Positions 10,501 to 21,101 are shown, counted from the first letter of the stretch. The stretch is DNA of 64,000 bases from Candidatus Gottesmanbacteria bacterium (GCA_963701185.1 OY969569.1:383054-447053); one strand, 5' to 3'. Translations and numbers: made by a program. Notes: generated by a model from the letters alone, not told the origin.

Positions 10501-13500
10501 TCGTTGGCCAAAACCTGACACTCGGACTCGACTCTGATGTCACCTGTACAATCACCAACAATGACCAGGCTGCACATCTTATCGTTATTAAACATGTTGA
10601 TAACGGCACGACCGGGGCCACATACACCGCAGCTGATTTCACAATGACAATTAACGACGTGACTGCATCAGGCGGAAATTCATTTGCCGGAAGTGAAAGT
10701 CCGGGTACGAATAAAACGTTAACGACTGTCGGATCATATACCGTAACAGAAAGCGGACCTCCAGGGTATACGAAAACGGCGTCAACCGATTGTTCAGGCA
10801 CAATTGCACTTGGTGAAACAAAAACCTGTACCATTACCAATACGGCAATTGCCCCGCAGCTTAAGCTTGTAAAGACTGTTACCAACGATAACGGCGGAAC
10901 GAAACAGGTATCGGATTTCCCATTGTTCATAGACGGAAATGGGGTAACTAGCGGGGTATTTAATTCTGTAACGGTTGGTTCGCATACTGCAACAGAAACT
11001 TCGGATTCCGGTTATTCCGCATCAGTTTGGGGAACGGATTGTGCATCAAACGGATCTATTACATTAGCTCTCGGAGATTCTAAAACCTGTACGATAACCA
11101 ACAATGACAAGGCCGCCCATTTAATAGTCATCAAACACGTTATTAATGATAACGGCGGGACAAAATCCGCAGCAAATTTTTCAACAACTATTTCCGGTGT
11201 AACAACTGTAACCCCGACTGCGCCAGGTGCAGAATCACCTGGAGTTGATAACATTCTGACAACAGTGGGTTCTTATAGTGTCGATGAAGGCACGCATACC
11301 GGATATGCAAAATCTCTTTCAACTGATTGTACCGGTTCAATTGCTTTGGGCGAGACCAAAACATGTACAATTACCAATGATGATATCCAACCGAAACTTA
11401 CGCTGACGAAAATCGTTAAAAACGACAATGGAGGGAATGCTGTTATTAGTGATTTCCCTCTTTTTGTAAACACCACTCCGGTGACAAGCGGAGTGCAAAA
11501 TGGATTCGATGCGGGAACGTATACTGCCTCTGAAACAAATCTAGGCGGATATACCGCAAGCGCGTGGAGCCCCGATTGTGCACCCAACGGATCAATTACG
11601 CTCGCAGTGGGAGACGTAAAGTCCTGCAGCATCGTGAATGATGATCAACCAGCGCATATCGTGCTGAATAAAGTCGTTAATAAAAATCACGGCGGCACGG
11701 CAGATGTGAATGATTTCGGTATTTCCATTGATGACGGTTCCGTTCTATCCGGATCAACTCATGACGTTACTTCAAATACCTCGCACACACTAAATGAAAC
11801 GGGGTTGACGGGTTACGAATTTGTATCACTGACAGGAGATTCAAAATGTCCAAGCGTATTAGGCGGGGGAGTAACACTCAATGAGGGTGAAACTGTCAAC
11901 TGCACGATAACGAACGAAGATATAGCCCCGACGTTACATCTTCGAAAGACTGTCACAAAGGACAACGGCGGAACTGCTCTTGATACAGCATGGACGCTGA
12001 CTGCAACTGGTACGCTCGGAAGTCCGACGAATTTGTCCGGGTCAACACCTGTGAATAGCGGAGCAGACTTTAAAGCCGATACGTATACTCTGGGTGAAAC
12101 AGGACCTTCAGGATACTCTGCGAGCGGATGGACATGTACCGGTGACGTCAAAAATTCGGGCAATTCAATTACGTTAGGACTCAGTCAATCCGCTACCTGC
12201 ACCATAAACAATGATGACAATGCGCCTTCTCTGACCCTTATCAAACACGTAACGAATGATAACGGGGGAAATGCAGCGACTACCGACTGGACATTAAGTG
12301 CTGATGGGCCCACGTCAATTTCAGGCGCTGGCGGCGTGGTAAGTGGCGCAAGTTTTGAAAAAGGTACATACGCGCTTTCAGAAAGCACCGGACCATCCGG
12401 ATATACGGCGGGAACATGGAGCTGTACAGGCGGAACTTTTGTAAATAATCAAATCACGCTCGGACTTGGCGACCAAGCCACTTGTGAAATAACCAACGAT
12501 GACCAGCCGGCAACTCTTATTGTCATTAAACACGTTGAAAACAATAACATTGGTACTGCTGTTGCAGATGATTTTACTATGAACGTGACAGGAACAAATG
12601 TTTCCGATTCGTCCTTTGCAGGTGCAGAAGATCCCGGCACATCAGTAACGCTCGATGCGGGATCGTATTCGGTGAGTGAAACGGGTATAACAGGCTACTC
12701 TGGCTCTTATTCCAATGACTGCAGCGGGGCGATAGCAAACGGGCAAACGAAGACGTGTACTGTAACCAACACGCGGGATATCGGAACAATTACTGTAAAC
12801 AAGGTACTCGTCCCAGCCAATGATCCGGGCCTTTTCACCCTTAAAATTGATGGCAGTGCTGCCGGAACCGGCACCGATGTCGGGAATGGCGGAACAACTG
12901 GCGCAATTACAGTTGGAAGCGATCTCCATTCCGTAAATGAGGTTGGCGGCACAAACGGAACAGACCTAAGCAATTATTTAACAACTTATTACTGTACCGG
13001 TGGAGAGGGATCTTTGCGCGGTACAGGAACAAATATCTCCGACATTGATGTCGGATCCGGTGATGACATTGTCTGTACGTTCACCAACACCCGAAAAACA
13101 GGAACACTTCTCGTTCATAAAGTCGCCGACACGAATGGCGATGGGCAATACGACAGCACAGATCCGACAAACTTCAAATGGGGAACGGAAAGCGCCGTAC
13201 TGGCAACCACCGATATGGGAACGCCACAGACGCTAATCACCGGAAATTATAACGTGTATGAAAATATTGTCCCGGGCTACCAATTCACTGGCTGGTTCCC
13301 GAATGGATTTATCGATGACAACGAAATCCGGTATAGCTGTGAGCGTTTACCGCAAGGGCCCCAATATACCCAGTTACCGACGGATATCGCGGTAACCACG
13401 GATCAAACGGAACTCACCCTGTGTAATAAATTTATCAATCCGATCCTGACGATTACGAAGGAGAACAACACCGGCGGGGCGGATATATCACCGGGCAGTG

Positions 13501-14078
13501 GCGTTCTGTATACCCTGACGGTCACGGCAACGCAGAGCGCTGCGTTTAACGTAACGGTGACCGACCTTCTGCCGGCAGGATTTACCTACCGGGCCGGAAG
13601 CTGGACGGCAAATTCCAACAAGCGCGGGGATATTAAATCCCCACTCGGTCCCACGACAGAACCCACCTATGCTTCACCGGGAGTCTGGAAGCTCGGCAAT
13701 ATGATTAAAGACGAAAGCGTCACCCTTACCTATATCGCGGATGTCAGCAGTGCTCAACAGGCCGGACTGTATCACGATCTTGCCTGGGCGGCAGGGTGTA
13801 AAACAGATACTAATTGTAGCGATGTCTTATCCAATGCAACCGATCCGGGATTTGTCGCCGACCATTATGTCGGAACGCAGGTAAGCATCGTTACCAACAC
13901 ACAAAACGGCGTCTCGCATAACGTCATCAATACCGTTGAAAGTCAGGTCTTGGGCGCCAGCACCGAACTGCCGGCCACAGGCGCAAACACATTCTGGCTG
14001 TATGTCGCATTCGCTCTTATCACCGGAGGAATAAGCATTGGTGCGCTGGGATGGTTTTTACGGAGGAAATATGCGTAA
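7527..14078 (+). CDS. giant LPXTG-anchored repetitive surface protein (about 14-15 CnaB/prealbumin-like Ig modules, DUF11-like domain)
   Basis: Signal peptide, short GAT collagen-like and PT-rich linker, repeats L.L.K...YTLSE...C...TCTI(T/N)N, C-terminal LPATG + TM + RRK. Confidence 0.85.
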   Translation: MKLLGRRLYKLFSVISGLSLVFNSLLPASLLSVIIAPPAYALEAPTGATGAIDATGATGITADTGVSGPSGATGDVGPTGASAEIGPSATTGTSGSTGATGSTGEILDGISTESAQMTPPTETITATVTTPENTPASEVSPTVNETGPPEQTATPTPTSTPTPAPEQPETGTVSVITNPSSQQQLDLSTYDPTSGTLKNDFAPTDTVLIIGTGFKANHTYTVTISSSDPPAITNQTEFTVTTDNDGVFKQDYTLDGNYRPNYTVVVTNQGGHLIATTTFTDTQPASGDLQQCRNGSATSPNNCLDLGSGQGWVSGNAGGSNSHYVEGFSIPYREILTNLPTGTSITLTLGYDITHSSKHAIDFLTHYNRLQPHSPFGHAAETITPTDGVSGLSATVSTYPIPAPSSIGSPSTDQPTSSFNSLPSGERVMTLFGGTINNVVYVSQGNLTDAQAETQIAITFTADNSTAVLAWGGHIAREIDWGLNNSAGGISGSPYHMRQIGWTLNNLGNTDRSLSADAVEPPSSITIIKDAQPDSAQDFSFTTVGNGLSNFTLDDDGGSDSTYSNTTTFNSLLAGTYTVTETTVSGWSLASKTCISDGTGSTSSQITNGVSVVLVAGENVTCTFTNSLQSAHLTLVKTITNDNGGTAAATDWTLSASGSTPISGTTGSGAVTNAEVNGGTYTLSESGPTGYTAGSWSCTGGSQNGNQITLAAGESATCTINNNDNAPQLHLRKTITTDNGGTDLATDWTLSATGALGSPTNLSGSTPVDSTTGFKADTYSLAETGGPTGYNAGAWDCGAATMPDATHVTVPLGGNVTCTINNNDNAPALHLRKVVVNNNGGTAVAANWTLSSFGLTPLSGTTPVDSDATFKQGTYTLSETGPSGYTASAWDCVGGTQSGSNITVGLGQSATCTITNTDIAPTLKLVKVVTNDNGGNKTPANWTLTATGTGGFSDTGDSTTFHTVKANVAYALSESTVIGYDAGTFSCDGGTLVGQNLTLGLDSDVTCTITNNDQAAHLIVIKHVDNGTTGATYTAADFTMTINDVTASGGNSFAGSESPGTNKTLTTVGSYTVTESGPPGYTKTASTDCSGTIALGETKTCTITNTAIAPQLKLVKTVTNDNGGTKQVSDFPLFIDGNGVTSGVFNSVTVGSHTATETSDSGYSASVWGTDCASNGSITLALGDSKTCTITNNDKAAHLIVIKHVINDNGGTKSAANFSTTISGVTTVTPTAPGAESPGVDNILTTVGSYSVDEGTHTGYAKSLSTDCTGSIALGETKTCTITNDDIQPKLTLTKIVKNDNGGNAVISDFPLFVNTTPVTSGVQNGFDAGTYTASETNLGGYTASAWSPDCAPNGSITLAVGDVKSCSIVNDDQPAHIVLNKVVNKNHGGTADVNDFGISIDDGSVLSGSTHDVTSNTSHTLNETGLTGYEFVSLTGDSKCPSVLGGGVTLNEGETVNCTITNEDIAPTLHLRKTVTKDNGGTALDTAWTLTATGTLGSPTNLSGSTPVNSGADFKADTYTLGETGPSGYSASGWTCTGDVKNSGNSITLGLSQSATCTINNDDNAPSLTLIKHVTNDNGGNAATTDWTLSADGPTSISGAGGVVSGASFEKGTYALSESTGPSGYTAGTWSCTGGTFVNNQITLGLGDQATCEITNDDQPATLIVIKHVENNNIGTAVADDFTMNVTGTNVSDSSFAGAEDPGTSVTLDAGSYSVSETGITGYSGSYSNDCSGAIANGQTKTCTVTNTRDIGTITVNKVLVPANDPGLFTLKIDGSAAGTGTDVGNGGTTGAITVGSDLHSVNEVGGTNGTDLSNYLTTYYCTGGEGSLRGTGTNISDIDVGSGDDIVCTFTNTRKTGTLLVHKVADTNGDGQYDSTDPTNFKWGTESAVLATTDMGTPQTLITGNYNVYENIVPGYQFTGWFPNGFIDDNEIRYSCERLPQGPQYTQLPTDIAVTTDQTELTLCNKFINPILTITKENNTGGADISPGSGVLYTLTVTATQSAAFNVTVTDLLPAGFTYRAGSWTANSNKRGDIKSPLGPTTEPTYASPGVWKLGNMIKDESVTLTYIADVSSAQQAGLYHDLAWAAGCKTDTNCSDVLSNATDPGFVADHYVGTQVSIVTNTQNGVSHNVINTVESQVLGASTELPATGANTFWLYVAFALITGGISIGALGWFLRRKYA

Positions 14079-15021
14079 TACATTCAAAACAATCGTTCTA
14101 ACCATTGCATCGCTATGTATTGCCGGTCAGGTGTTTGCCGGATCGATGTCCATAAAAATTGAGCAACCAAAGAGCCCGACAAATTTAACAAGTTTGAACG
14201 TGAATTTTGTCGTGCTGGATTATGCTTCCAATGGCAACATCACGGCAAAATGCTACAAACAGGGTCCGTCTGACGGTGGATTTAGCCAGTTTGGCAGCGA
14301 CATAGCAATCACGCCAGGAGGAAACACCTCCAATTGTACCGCTGACAGCTCGGTTCTCACGAGTGACGGAACGTACCAGTTTTACGTCACTGCTGCAAAT
14401 TCAGGGGAAACGGTAACCAGTAATACGGTGAGCGTTATCAGAAACACCAGCGGACCGGATACGCCGACAAGCTACAGCAAAGAGGATTTCGAATCATGCA
14501 AGTACAAGATTAAATTTCATACTGCCGATGACGGCAAGACGGCAAAAGTTGAGCTATACCGCTCGCCCAACACGACATTTGATGTGAATGCGGGAAGCCT
14601 CGTGGAGACGAAAACCATCGGACCCAACGCCGACGGTGAATTTGTCAATGAGAAACCCGATTGCAGCAAAACATATTTCTACGCAATCCGTGCCTTTGAT
14701 TCAACAGGGAACGGCTCGGGGATACGGGGGGACAGCGAAACGCATACTATAACGACGACAATCCTTCCCACGACGACCACCGGTACCGCGGGTGCCATTC
14801 CAGCAGGCACCGGAGGCAATATATTGGGTGCAGAGACACTAAAGGGCGCTACAGGACCTTCCGGAGCCATTCTGGGAGAGCAAGCTTCCCCCAGCCCGAC
14901 CCAGCAACCGTATACTCCTCCGAAGCCAAACTTGTTTCGCCGCAGTACTATGCTGACGGTGGGAGCCATAGCTGTTATACTTCTTGGTATATGGCTCGCA
15001 AAAAGAAAAAAGTCCGAATAA
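14071..15021 (+). CDS. secreted Ig/FN3-like surface protein with C-terminal TM anchor
   Basis: GGAGG RBS before ATG 14071, signal peptide, [11 protein letters not shown]3-like strand, TM + KRKK tail. Confidence 0.7.
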   Translation: MRNTFKTIVLTIASLCIAGQVFAGSMSIKIEQPKSPTNLTSLNVNFVVLDYASNGNITAKCYKQGPSDGGFSQFGSDIAITPGGNTSNCTADSSVLTSDGTYQFYVTAANSGETVTSNTVSVIRNTSGPDTPTSYSKEDFESCKYKIKFHTADDGKTAKVELYRSPNTTFDVNAGSLVETKTIGPNADGEFVNEKPDCSKTYFYAIRAFDSTGNGSGIRGDSETHTITTTILPTTTTGTAGAIPAGTGGNILGAETLKGATGPSGAILGEQASPSPTQQPYTPPKPNLFRRSTMLTVGAIAVILLGIWLAKRKKSE

Positions 15022-15593
15022 TCGGGCGAATCTCCCGCATATTATTTTGGGTTGCCGGCCTTACGTGCCTTGCCGGTATTACCATCTTGCTTCTGACATT
15101 TGGTCCGCTTGCTACACAGGAACTCCGGTATACAGCCCATGCAGTTCCGAAAGAGATTGTCCCGATTGATAAAAATTTCGGCATCGTGATCCCACGCTTA
15201 GGCGCCAATGCACGGATTATTGCCAACGTCGATCCGTATGACAGTAAGGCCTACCAGTACGCCCTCACCAAAGGAGTCGCCCATGCCCGCGGCACCAGCG
15301 TACCGGGCGCGATGGGGAACATATTTTTATTCGCCCATTCATCGGAAAATTTTTACGATGCGTTGCGATATAATTCCGTTTTTTATCTTCTCCCGAAACT
15401 CACCGCCGGAGACAAAATTCTTTTGTATTATCACGGCGTGAAGTTTACCTACACGGTAACCGGTAAAAAATTCGTAAGTTCCAAAGATGTTTCTTACCTA
15501 CAAGGAGAGTCCTTGAAGTCGACGCTTACCCTCATGACTTGCTGGCCGCCGGGCACAACCAATCAGCGACTTCTCGTATTTGCATCCCTATGA
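14991..15593 (+). CDS. sortase
   Basis: N-terminal TM, FAHS (His), LTLMTCWPPG (Cys), Arg in NQRLLV. Confidence 0.9.
   Translation: MARKKKKVRIIGRISRILFWVAGLTCLAGITILLLTFGPLATQELRYTAHAVPKEIVPIDKNFGIVIPRLGANARIIANVDPYDSKAYQYALTKGVAHARGTSVPGAMGNIFLFAHSSENFYDALRYNSVFYLLPKLTAGDKILLYYHGVKFTYTVTGKKFVSSKDVSYLQGESLKSTLTLMTCWPPGTTNQRLLVFASL
15498..15518. repeat. single REP-like unit in-frame inside the sortase
   Basis: CTACAAGGAGAGTCCTTGAAG (encodes LQGESLK); matches 22596-22616 apart from an inverted 3-nt loop. Confidence 0.65.
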
Positions 15594-16084
15594 TCGCACT
15601 TTCATTTGTATTCCTCATTCTTCAAATCGGATTTGTCATTTTCTTTTTTTACATGTGCATCGCGTCGTTTACCGGCGCGCCGTTTGTGCCGACGAAAAAT
15701 ACAGTTGCCGACGCAATGATCCGGCTCGCCGGTATCAAGAAAGGATCGGTCGTCTATGATTTGGGCAGCGGAGACGGCAAACTCCTCCGGCTGGCAACGC
15801 AAAAGGGGGCCCGCACAATCGGATATGAAATAAATCCGCTTTTGGTTCTTTGGGCCAACCTGCGGGGCGCGCCCACGCTTTGGAAAAATTTCTGGGGCGC
15901 GGATATTCATGATGCGGACATCGTTTTTATCTATCTCCTGCCGTGGAAAATGGAACGGCTTGCCAAAAAACTAAAAACCGAATGTAAAAAGGGAACGGTG
16001 ATCGTCTCCAACAGCTTCATATTCCCGGGGTGGAACATTGTCCGACAGGACGCGGCCCATCATGTTTACGTTTTTCGGATTTAG
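15590..16084 (+). CDS. membrane-anchored class I SAM-dependent methyltransferase
   Basis: GAPFVPT, VYDLGSGDG, GYEINP, VSNSF. Confidence 0.85.
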   Translation: MIALSFVFLILQIGFVIFFFYMCIASFTGAPFVPTKNTVADAMIRLAGIKKGSVVYDLGSGDGKLLRLATQKGARTIGYEINPLLVLWANLRGAPTLWKNFWGADIHDADIVFIYLLPWKMERLAKKLKTECKKGTVIVSNSFIFPGWNIVRQDAAHHVYVFRI

Positions 16085-16099
16085 TACTACAATCGGAAT

Positions 16100-16669
16100 A
16101 TGACAGCATTTGACGGACAGCAGGAAGGGGAACGGATTCTCTACACGGTAACACCGCATGCAATCCATAAATATCTGGCGATTGCCCGTCTCCTATTTTT
16201 AGCACTCTTTTTCTTCATTGTCCTCTGGGTCATCGGAGAAATCGTCCCGGTCATGATGACGGCACTCCGGATCGCGGGATTTGTACTGGCCGGTATCCTT
16301 TTGGGAGTCGGGTATTGGTGGAACCTCGTGGTTTTCAAAAAATCGAGAACATATATTACCGACCGCAGGATCATACGGTTTGACGTCGTATCGCCTTTTT
16401 TTGTTACCAAACGGGCGCTCTTCTGGAACGAGGCACTCAAAACAAAAGCATATACATCCAATATTTTATTCCGGTCACTCAAAATCGGCACCATTGACGT
16501 TGAGCCGCAGCTTGCCGAGCATGAGGACGTGCGCGTCACCGATGTCTACTATTTTGAAGACCTCGCCAACTATATCGATAAAATATTGTTTACGTTCAAA
16601 AATACGCCCGGCGATATTGCCTCCATCAAGCCCTTTGTCCCCAAAGCCAAAGGCCAGCGGGATTTGTAA
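16100..16669 (+). CDS. 2-TM bacterial PH-domain (bPH_2-like) membrane protein
   Basis: Two TM segments followed by YITDRRII. Confidence 0.6.
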   Translation: MTAFDGQQEGERILYTVTPHAIHKYLAIARLLFLALFFFIVLWVIGEIVPVMMTALRIAGFVLAGILLGVGYWWNLVVFKKSRTYITDRRIIRFDVVSPFFVTKRALFWNEALKTKAYTSNILFRSLKIGTIDVEPQLAEHEDVRVTDVYYFEDLANYIDKILFTFKNTPGDIASIKPFVPKAKGQRDL

Positions 16670-16730
16670 TCTATCGTACATATTTCCCCAACGATATCTG
16701 CAATACTTCGCGATAGGAGGTATTTCACCC

Positions 16731-17741
16731 ATGAAACGAGTACTTGTCCTTTTGATAACGTATTTATTTTTAGCACCATCTATTTCCTCTGTATATGCCG
16801 CTGATTCCCTCACACTCTGTGTCAAAGAAAGCGGCGTGGTGTTTGCTATCGGCATCGGATTTCATACGACGGAGTGTAAAAAGAATGACAAATTGGTCAC
16901 TCTTACGTATGGCGGTTCCGGTGGAGCAGGGGCAACGGGCGCAACCGGGAATATAGGTTCTACCGGTGCGACCGGCATGCAAGGTATTGAAGGCTCCGTT
17001 GGCGCTACAGGTTTGCCAGGATCCCCGGGGGAACAGGGTTCAACAGGGGCAAGCGGACTTCCCGGTTCAATCGGTGTCACCGGACAGCAAGGAATTCAGG
17101 GGCTATCGGGAGAATTGGGCCCGACGGGCGCAACCGGTCAAGCCGGAGACATTGGTCCTGTCGGTGCTACCGGTTTATCGGGTATACCGGGGGACAAGGG
17201 TGAAACGGGAGCAAGCGGATTACCCGGTTTGGTCGGAGCAACTGGCGCAAAGGGGGATACAGGGTCAATCGGTCCAACCGGTAATGCCGGAAATATCGGT
17301 CCGCATGGCGCAACGGGCGCAACCGGCGTGGCCGGAGAAATTGGGCCTGTTGGTGCTACAGGATTAAAAGGAGAAGTCGGCTCAACCGGCAGTCAGGGGC
17401 CAGCCGGGGACGCAGGTTCGGTCGGGGCAACCGGTAATCAGGGACCGACGGGAGAAATAGGTCCGGTTGGCGCAACAGGAGCACAGGGCGTCATCGGATT
17501 TGAACTGATTACAAACATAACGGACGTTACCGATACGACATCCAAAACAGTTCCGGCTACGTGTCCCACCGGCAAAAAAGTTATCGGCGGAGGATATGCG
17601 ATCACGAGCGATGGCGCAACATTCCGGACCATCTCTGATCAACCAACATCTGACGATACATGGACAGTTGCGATCACAAGAACGTCGGGGAGCTATCTCT
17701 GGTCACTGAAAGTCATCGCAATCTGTGTAAACGCACTGTAA
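16731..17741 (+). CDS. secreted collagen-like protein
   Basis: Signal peptide from ATG 16731 (AGGAGG upstream), long Gly-X-Y run rich in GAT, C-terminal CPTGKKVIGGG domain. Confidence 0.85.
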   Translation: MKRVLVLLITYLFLAPSISSVYAADSLTLCVKESGVVFAIGIGFHTTECKKNDKLVTLTYGGSGGAGATGATGNIGSTGATGMQGIEGSVGATGLPGSPGEQGSTGASGLPGSIGVTGQQGIQGLSGELGPTGATGQAGDIGPVGATGLSGIPGDKGETGASGLPGLVGATGAKGDTGSIGPTGNAGNIGPHGATGATGVAGEIGPVGATGLKGEVGSTGSQGPAGDAGSVGATGNQGPTGEIGPVGATGAQGVIGFELITNITDVTDTTSKTVPATCPTGKKVIGGGYAITSDGATFRTISDQPTSDDTWTVAITRTSGSYLWSLKVIAICVNAL

Positions 17742-17782
17742 CGCTTATTGACTGCCCGGTGAGTTCGCAGTAAAGTAATTTT

Positions 17783-18115
17783 ATGATTACTGATGCAGAT
17801 GTCAAGAAATTAAAGGCTGTTTTTGCCACTAAAGACGACCTCGTGGCCATGGAAAAACGCTTTGACCGAAAATTTGCCACCAAAGACGATTTGAAACGCT
17901 TTGCCACCAAAGACGATTTGAAACGCTTTGCCACCAAAGACGATCTCATGTCCATAAAAAGCGATATGGTTTCCATGGAAATACGGCTCAAAAAAGAAAT
18001 TGTCGGAGCTGTCGTCGATTATCTTCAACATAATATCATTCCGATACTTAACGAGCACGACAAACGACTGGACCGGTTGGAAAAACACGTCGGAGGATTT
18101 CCGGCAATCGCTTGA
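17783..18115 (+). CDS. small coiled-coil protein with FATKDDLKR tandem repeats
   Basis: FATKDDL occurs four times. Confidence 0.7.
   Translation: MITDADVKKLKAVFATKDDLVAMEKRFDRKFATKDDLKRFATKDDLKRFATKDDLMSIKSDMVSMEIRLKKEIVGAVVDYLQHNIIPILNEHDKRLDRLEKHVGGFPAIA
17873..17944 (+). repeat. 27-bp in-frame tandem repeat (2.7 copies)
   Basis: TTTGCCACCAAAGACGATTTGAAACGC twice plus an 18-bp partial copy. Confidence 0.9.
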
Positions 18116-18219
18116 CAGGGGTTTCTTATACTGTAGAATATAGATACTTCTCACTTGCATGAGACGTAACTAACCTCAAAGAGAAGCGCGATCTTCGGCG
18201 AAATGAAGAAAAATTAAGT

Positions 18220-18281
18220 ACCGTTTATTGTGCGCTGGAAACTTCCGCCAACCGGCGGAGCGCACGAATGAACGGTTTTTT
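18220..18281 (+). promoter_or_regulatory. bulged long hairpin plus T-tract in the thrS 5' leader
   Basis: ACCGTTTATT/AATGAACGGT, GTGCGC/GCGCAC and TCCGCC/GGCGGA stems with a TGGAAACT bulge; TTGACA...TG-TAGAAT promoter at 18112-18139. Confidence 0.55.
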
Positions 18282-18291
18282 GTTGGAAAAT

Positions 18292-20028
18292 ATGGACCAA
18301 GAACACCTTAATCATCTTCGACACTCATGCGCACATTTGCTTGCGGCGGCGGTCATGGAGCTGTGGCCCAACACCAAACGCACGATCGGACCGGCAATCG
18401 AAAATGGATTCTATTATGATTTTGATTTCGGTGATGTGAAAATATCCGAAGAAGATTTCCCCAAAATAGAGGCAAAAATGCTGGAACTGGTCAAAACCTG
18501 GAAAGGGTTTGAACGAAGAGAAGTAAGCCGCGCGGAGGCAGTCAAAATATTTCAGGATAACGAATACAAAAAAGAATTGATCGAAGAGTTTAGCAAAGAA
18601 GGCCAAAAGCTCACAGTCTTTACATCGGGCACCTATACGGATCTTTGCCGCGGCGGCCATTGCCCGCACCCAAGCCATGATCTGAAATATTTTGATCTGC
18701 TTTCCGTCGCCGGCGCGTATTGGCGCGGGTCCGAAAAAAATAAGATGCTCACGCGCATTTACGGCACCTGTTTTCCGACACGCACGGGATTGGATGATTA
18801 TCTGAAAGGTATAGAAGAAGCCAAAAAACGCGACCACCGGAAAATCGGCAGAGAATTAGGATTATTCACGATGAATAGCGAAGTCGGACAGGGGATAACC
18901 ATCTGGCTTCCCAACGGCTCAATTATCCGCCGCGAGATAGAAGAGTATATGGTACGTGAGCAAACTAAAATTGGATTCAAACACGTGTATAGCCCGCATA
19001 TCGGTCGCAAGTCCTTGTGGGAAAAAAGCGGGCATTGGGATTTATACCGAGACAAAATGTATTCCCCGATGGATGTAGACGGCGTCGAGTATTTGGTAAA
19101 ACCCATGACCTGTCCCATGCACATTCAGTCATTTGAATTTACACCGAAATCCTACCGCGATCTCCCGTACAGAATTGCAGAAATCGGTTCCGTATACCGG
19201 TATGAACAATCCGGTGAACTCGCCGGGTTACTACGGGTCCGTGCATTCACACAGGACGATGCCCATATTTTTTGTACACCCGAACAGACAGTAGATGAAT
19301 TTCTGTCGGTTTTTTCATTTATCCAAAAACTCTACAAAGTGTTTGGGTTTAACGAATACCGCGTCAGGTTGGGTATTCGGTCTGCAAAGGGAAAATACTT
19401 AGGAAATGATAGTCTGTGGGAAAAAGCGCAGGAAAAAATTATTGAAGCTCTCGATAAATCCGGGGTCGCGTACACAATATCTGAGGGCGATGCGGCATTT
19501 TACGGACCAAAAGCCGATTTTATGATCAAGGATGCACTCGGCCGGGAGTGGCAATGTGGAACGGTGCAGGTTGATTTCATGTTACCGGAACGCTTTGGAT
19601 TAAAATATATCGACAAAAACGGTACAGAGCAGAGGCCGGTTATGATACACCGCGCACCGCTCGGGTCACTGGAGCGGTTTTTAGCAATACTGATCGAACA
19701 GTATGCCGGGGCATTTCCGGCGTGGCTGGCACCCGTGCAGGTCGTCCTTATTCCGATTGCCGAGCGGCATGTTGAAGCGGCCAAAATGATGGCCGGTGAG
19801 CTCCAAGGCCGCGGTATCCGGGTGGAGATAGACGGGAAAAGTGAGCCTATGGGCGCCAAAATCCGAAACGCAACGTTGCAAAAAGTGCCGTTCATGGGTA
19901 TAATAGGGGATAAAGAAGTGACGGAGAAGCGTATTTCCGTCCGGACACGCAAGGGTGAAGATCTCAAAGCGATGAGCCTTGAGAATTTTTTGTCCCTGCT
20001 ACAAGAAGCGATTGAGCATACTGTATAA
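18292..20028 (+). CDS. thrS: threonyl-tRNA synthetase
   Basis: RHSCAH, DLCRGGH, GAYWRG, RDHRKIG, KPMTCP, GAFPAWLAP. Confidence 0.97.
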   Translation: MDQEHLNHLRHSCAHLLAAAVMELWPNTKRTIGPAIENGFYYDFDFGDVKISEEDFPKIEAKMLELVKTWKGFERREVSRAEAVKIFQDNEYKKELIEEFSKEGQKLTVFTSGTYTDLCRGGHCPHPSHDLKYFDLLSVAGAYWRGSEKNKMLTRIYGTCFPTRTGLDDYLKGIEEAKKRDHRKIGRELGLFTMNSEVGQGITIWLPNGSIIRREIEEYMVREQTKIGFKHVYSPHIGRKSLWEKSGHWDLYRDKMYSPMDVDGVEYLVKPMTCPMHIQSFEFTPKSYRDLPYRIAEIGSVYRYEQSGELAGLLRVRAFTQDDAHIFCTPEQTVDEFLSVFSFIQKLYKVFGFNEYRVRLGIRSAKGKYLGNDSLWEKAQEKIIEALDKSGVAYTISEGDAAFYGPKADFMIKDALGREWQCGTVQVDFMLPERFGLKYIDKNGTEQRPVMIHRAPLGSLERFLAILIEQYAGAFPAWLAPVQVVLIPIAERHVEAAKMMAGELQGRGIRVEIDGKSEPMGAKIRNATLQKVPFMGIIGDKEVTEKRISVRTRKGEDLKAMSLENFLSLLQEAIEHTV

Positions 20029-20539
20029 ACACTACCGGCTGAATTACCAAATCATGAGTCCGACAGTTCGCCTGTTGGATGAAGAGGGGAAGCAAATCGG
20101 TATTGTCACCAAGCTGGAAGCACTCCAGAAGGCAAAAGAGCTTGATCTCGACGTTGTAGAAATTGCTCCGGCGGCGAAGCCTCCGGTCGCCAAGCTCATT
20201 GATTTTAAAAAGTTTAAGTACCAGGAAGCCAAAAAAGAGCAGGAAAACCGGAAAAGCCAGAAAAACGTCGGGGTGAAAGAAATCCGCCTCCGGCCCTTTA
20301 TCGGCCAACATGATTTTGATACGCGCCTGAACCGCGCAAAAGAGTTTCTGGAAGACGGGAATCAGGTCAAATTATCGCTGTTTTTCCGGGGACGGGAGAT
20401 TACGCGGAAAGAATTCGGGTTTGACGTCATGAAGCGGTTTATTGCAGGATTGGAAGCTGTACGGGTCGTCCGTGAGCCGCATCTGGAAGGAAAAGTATTG
20501 GGCGCAATGGTCGTACCGGATAAGAAGAAAGAGAGCTGA
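20012..20539 (+). CDS. infC: translation initiation factor IF-3 (start uncertain, probably non-AUG)
   Basis: VRLLDEEG, LDVVEIAP..KPPVAK, KEIRLRP.I..HD; in-frame TTG 20012 and ATA 20018. Confidence 0.92.
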   Translation: MSILYKHYRLNYQIMSPTVRLLDEEGKQIGIVTKLEALQKAKELDLDVVEIAPAAKPPVAKLIDFKKFKYQEAKKEQENRKSQKNVGVKEIRLRPFIGQHDFDTRLNRAKEFLEDGNQVKLSLFFRGREITRKEFGFDVMKRFIAGLEAVRVVREPHLEGKVLGAMVVPDKKKES

Positions 20540-20540
20540 T

Positions 20541-20738
20541 ATGCCGAAAATGAAGACGAAAAAAATAGTACGGAAACGGTTTAAAATTACCGCAAACGGT
20601 AAGGTTATGCACCGTATGCAGGGCGCACGGCATTTACGCAGCAATAAAACCAAATCTCACCAAAGGCGCCAGGACGCACCGCAGGAGATCACGACAATCC
20701 GGTATTCACGGATGGTCAAACGGTTTTTAAATACATAA
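20541..20738 (+). CDS. rpmI: 50S ribosomal protein L35
   Basis: MPKMKTKK..RKRFKITANGK; synteny with infC and rplT. Confidence 0.95.
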   Translation: MPKMKTKKIVRKRFKITANGKVMHRMQGARHLRSNKTKSHQRRQDAPQEITTIRYSRMVKRFLNT

Positions 20739-20739
20739 T

Positions 20740-21090
20740 ATGAGAGTAAAACGAGGTGTTCACGCAGGAGCAAAACATCATAAAATTCTGACAGCCAACA
20801 AAGGCTACAGGATGACCAGACGCCGCCTTATCCGTGTGGCAACGCAGGCGTACCTGCATGCGGGAGAATATGCCCATTCCGGACGAAAAAACCGCAAGCG
20901 CGATTTCCGGCAGCTCTGGATCACGAGAATCTCCGAAGCAACCAAGCAAAACGGCCTGTCCTACAGCGTATTCATGAGTAAACTGAAGGCCGCCAACATC
21001 GACATGGACCGGAAAATATTGGCAAATCTGGTCACCAATGATCCCGAAATATTCGAAGAAATCGTTGACAAAGTCAAAACGGTAAATTAA
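20740..21090 (+). CDS. rplT: 50S ribosomal protein L20
   Basis: MRVKRG...RKNRKRDFRQLWITRI...DRKILA. Confidence 0.96.
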   Translation: MRVKRGVHAGAKHHKILTANKGYRMTRRRLIRVATQAYLHAGEYAHSGRKNRKRDFRQLWITRISEATKQNGLSYSVFMSKLKAANIDMDRKILANLVTNDPEIFEEIVDKVKTVN

Positions 21091-21093
21091 AAT
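21065..21093 (+). promoter_or_regulatory. promoter for the pheST leader
   Basis: TTGACA-N17-TAAAAT overlapping the rplT end. Confidence 0.65.
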
Positions 21094-21101
21094 ATAAATC
21101 T

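Noticed and set aside
7550-12973. Many antisense ORFs within the giant surface protein, and similar shadow ORFs in gyrA, tyrS and the pil genes
   Set aside because: These are by-products of codon bias on the coding strand, with no motifs or RBS.
16281-16730. 150-aa N-terminal extension of the collagen-like ORF
   Set aside because: It overlaps the upstream gene; RBS and signal peptide indicate ATG 16731.
17873-17944. Short direct repeats as a possible CRISPR array
   Set aside because: No spacers; the repeats are contiguous and in-frame coding, and there are no cas genes.
18159-18217. Mini-ORFs MRRN* and MKKN* as a thrS leader peptide
   Set aside because: They contain no Thr codons, so they cannot sense threonine.
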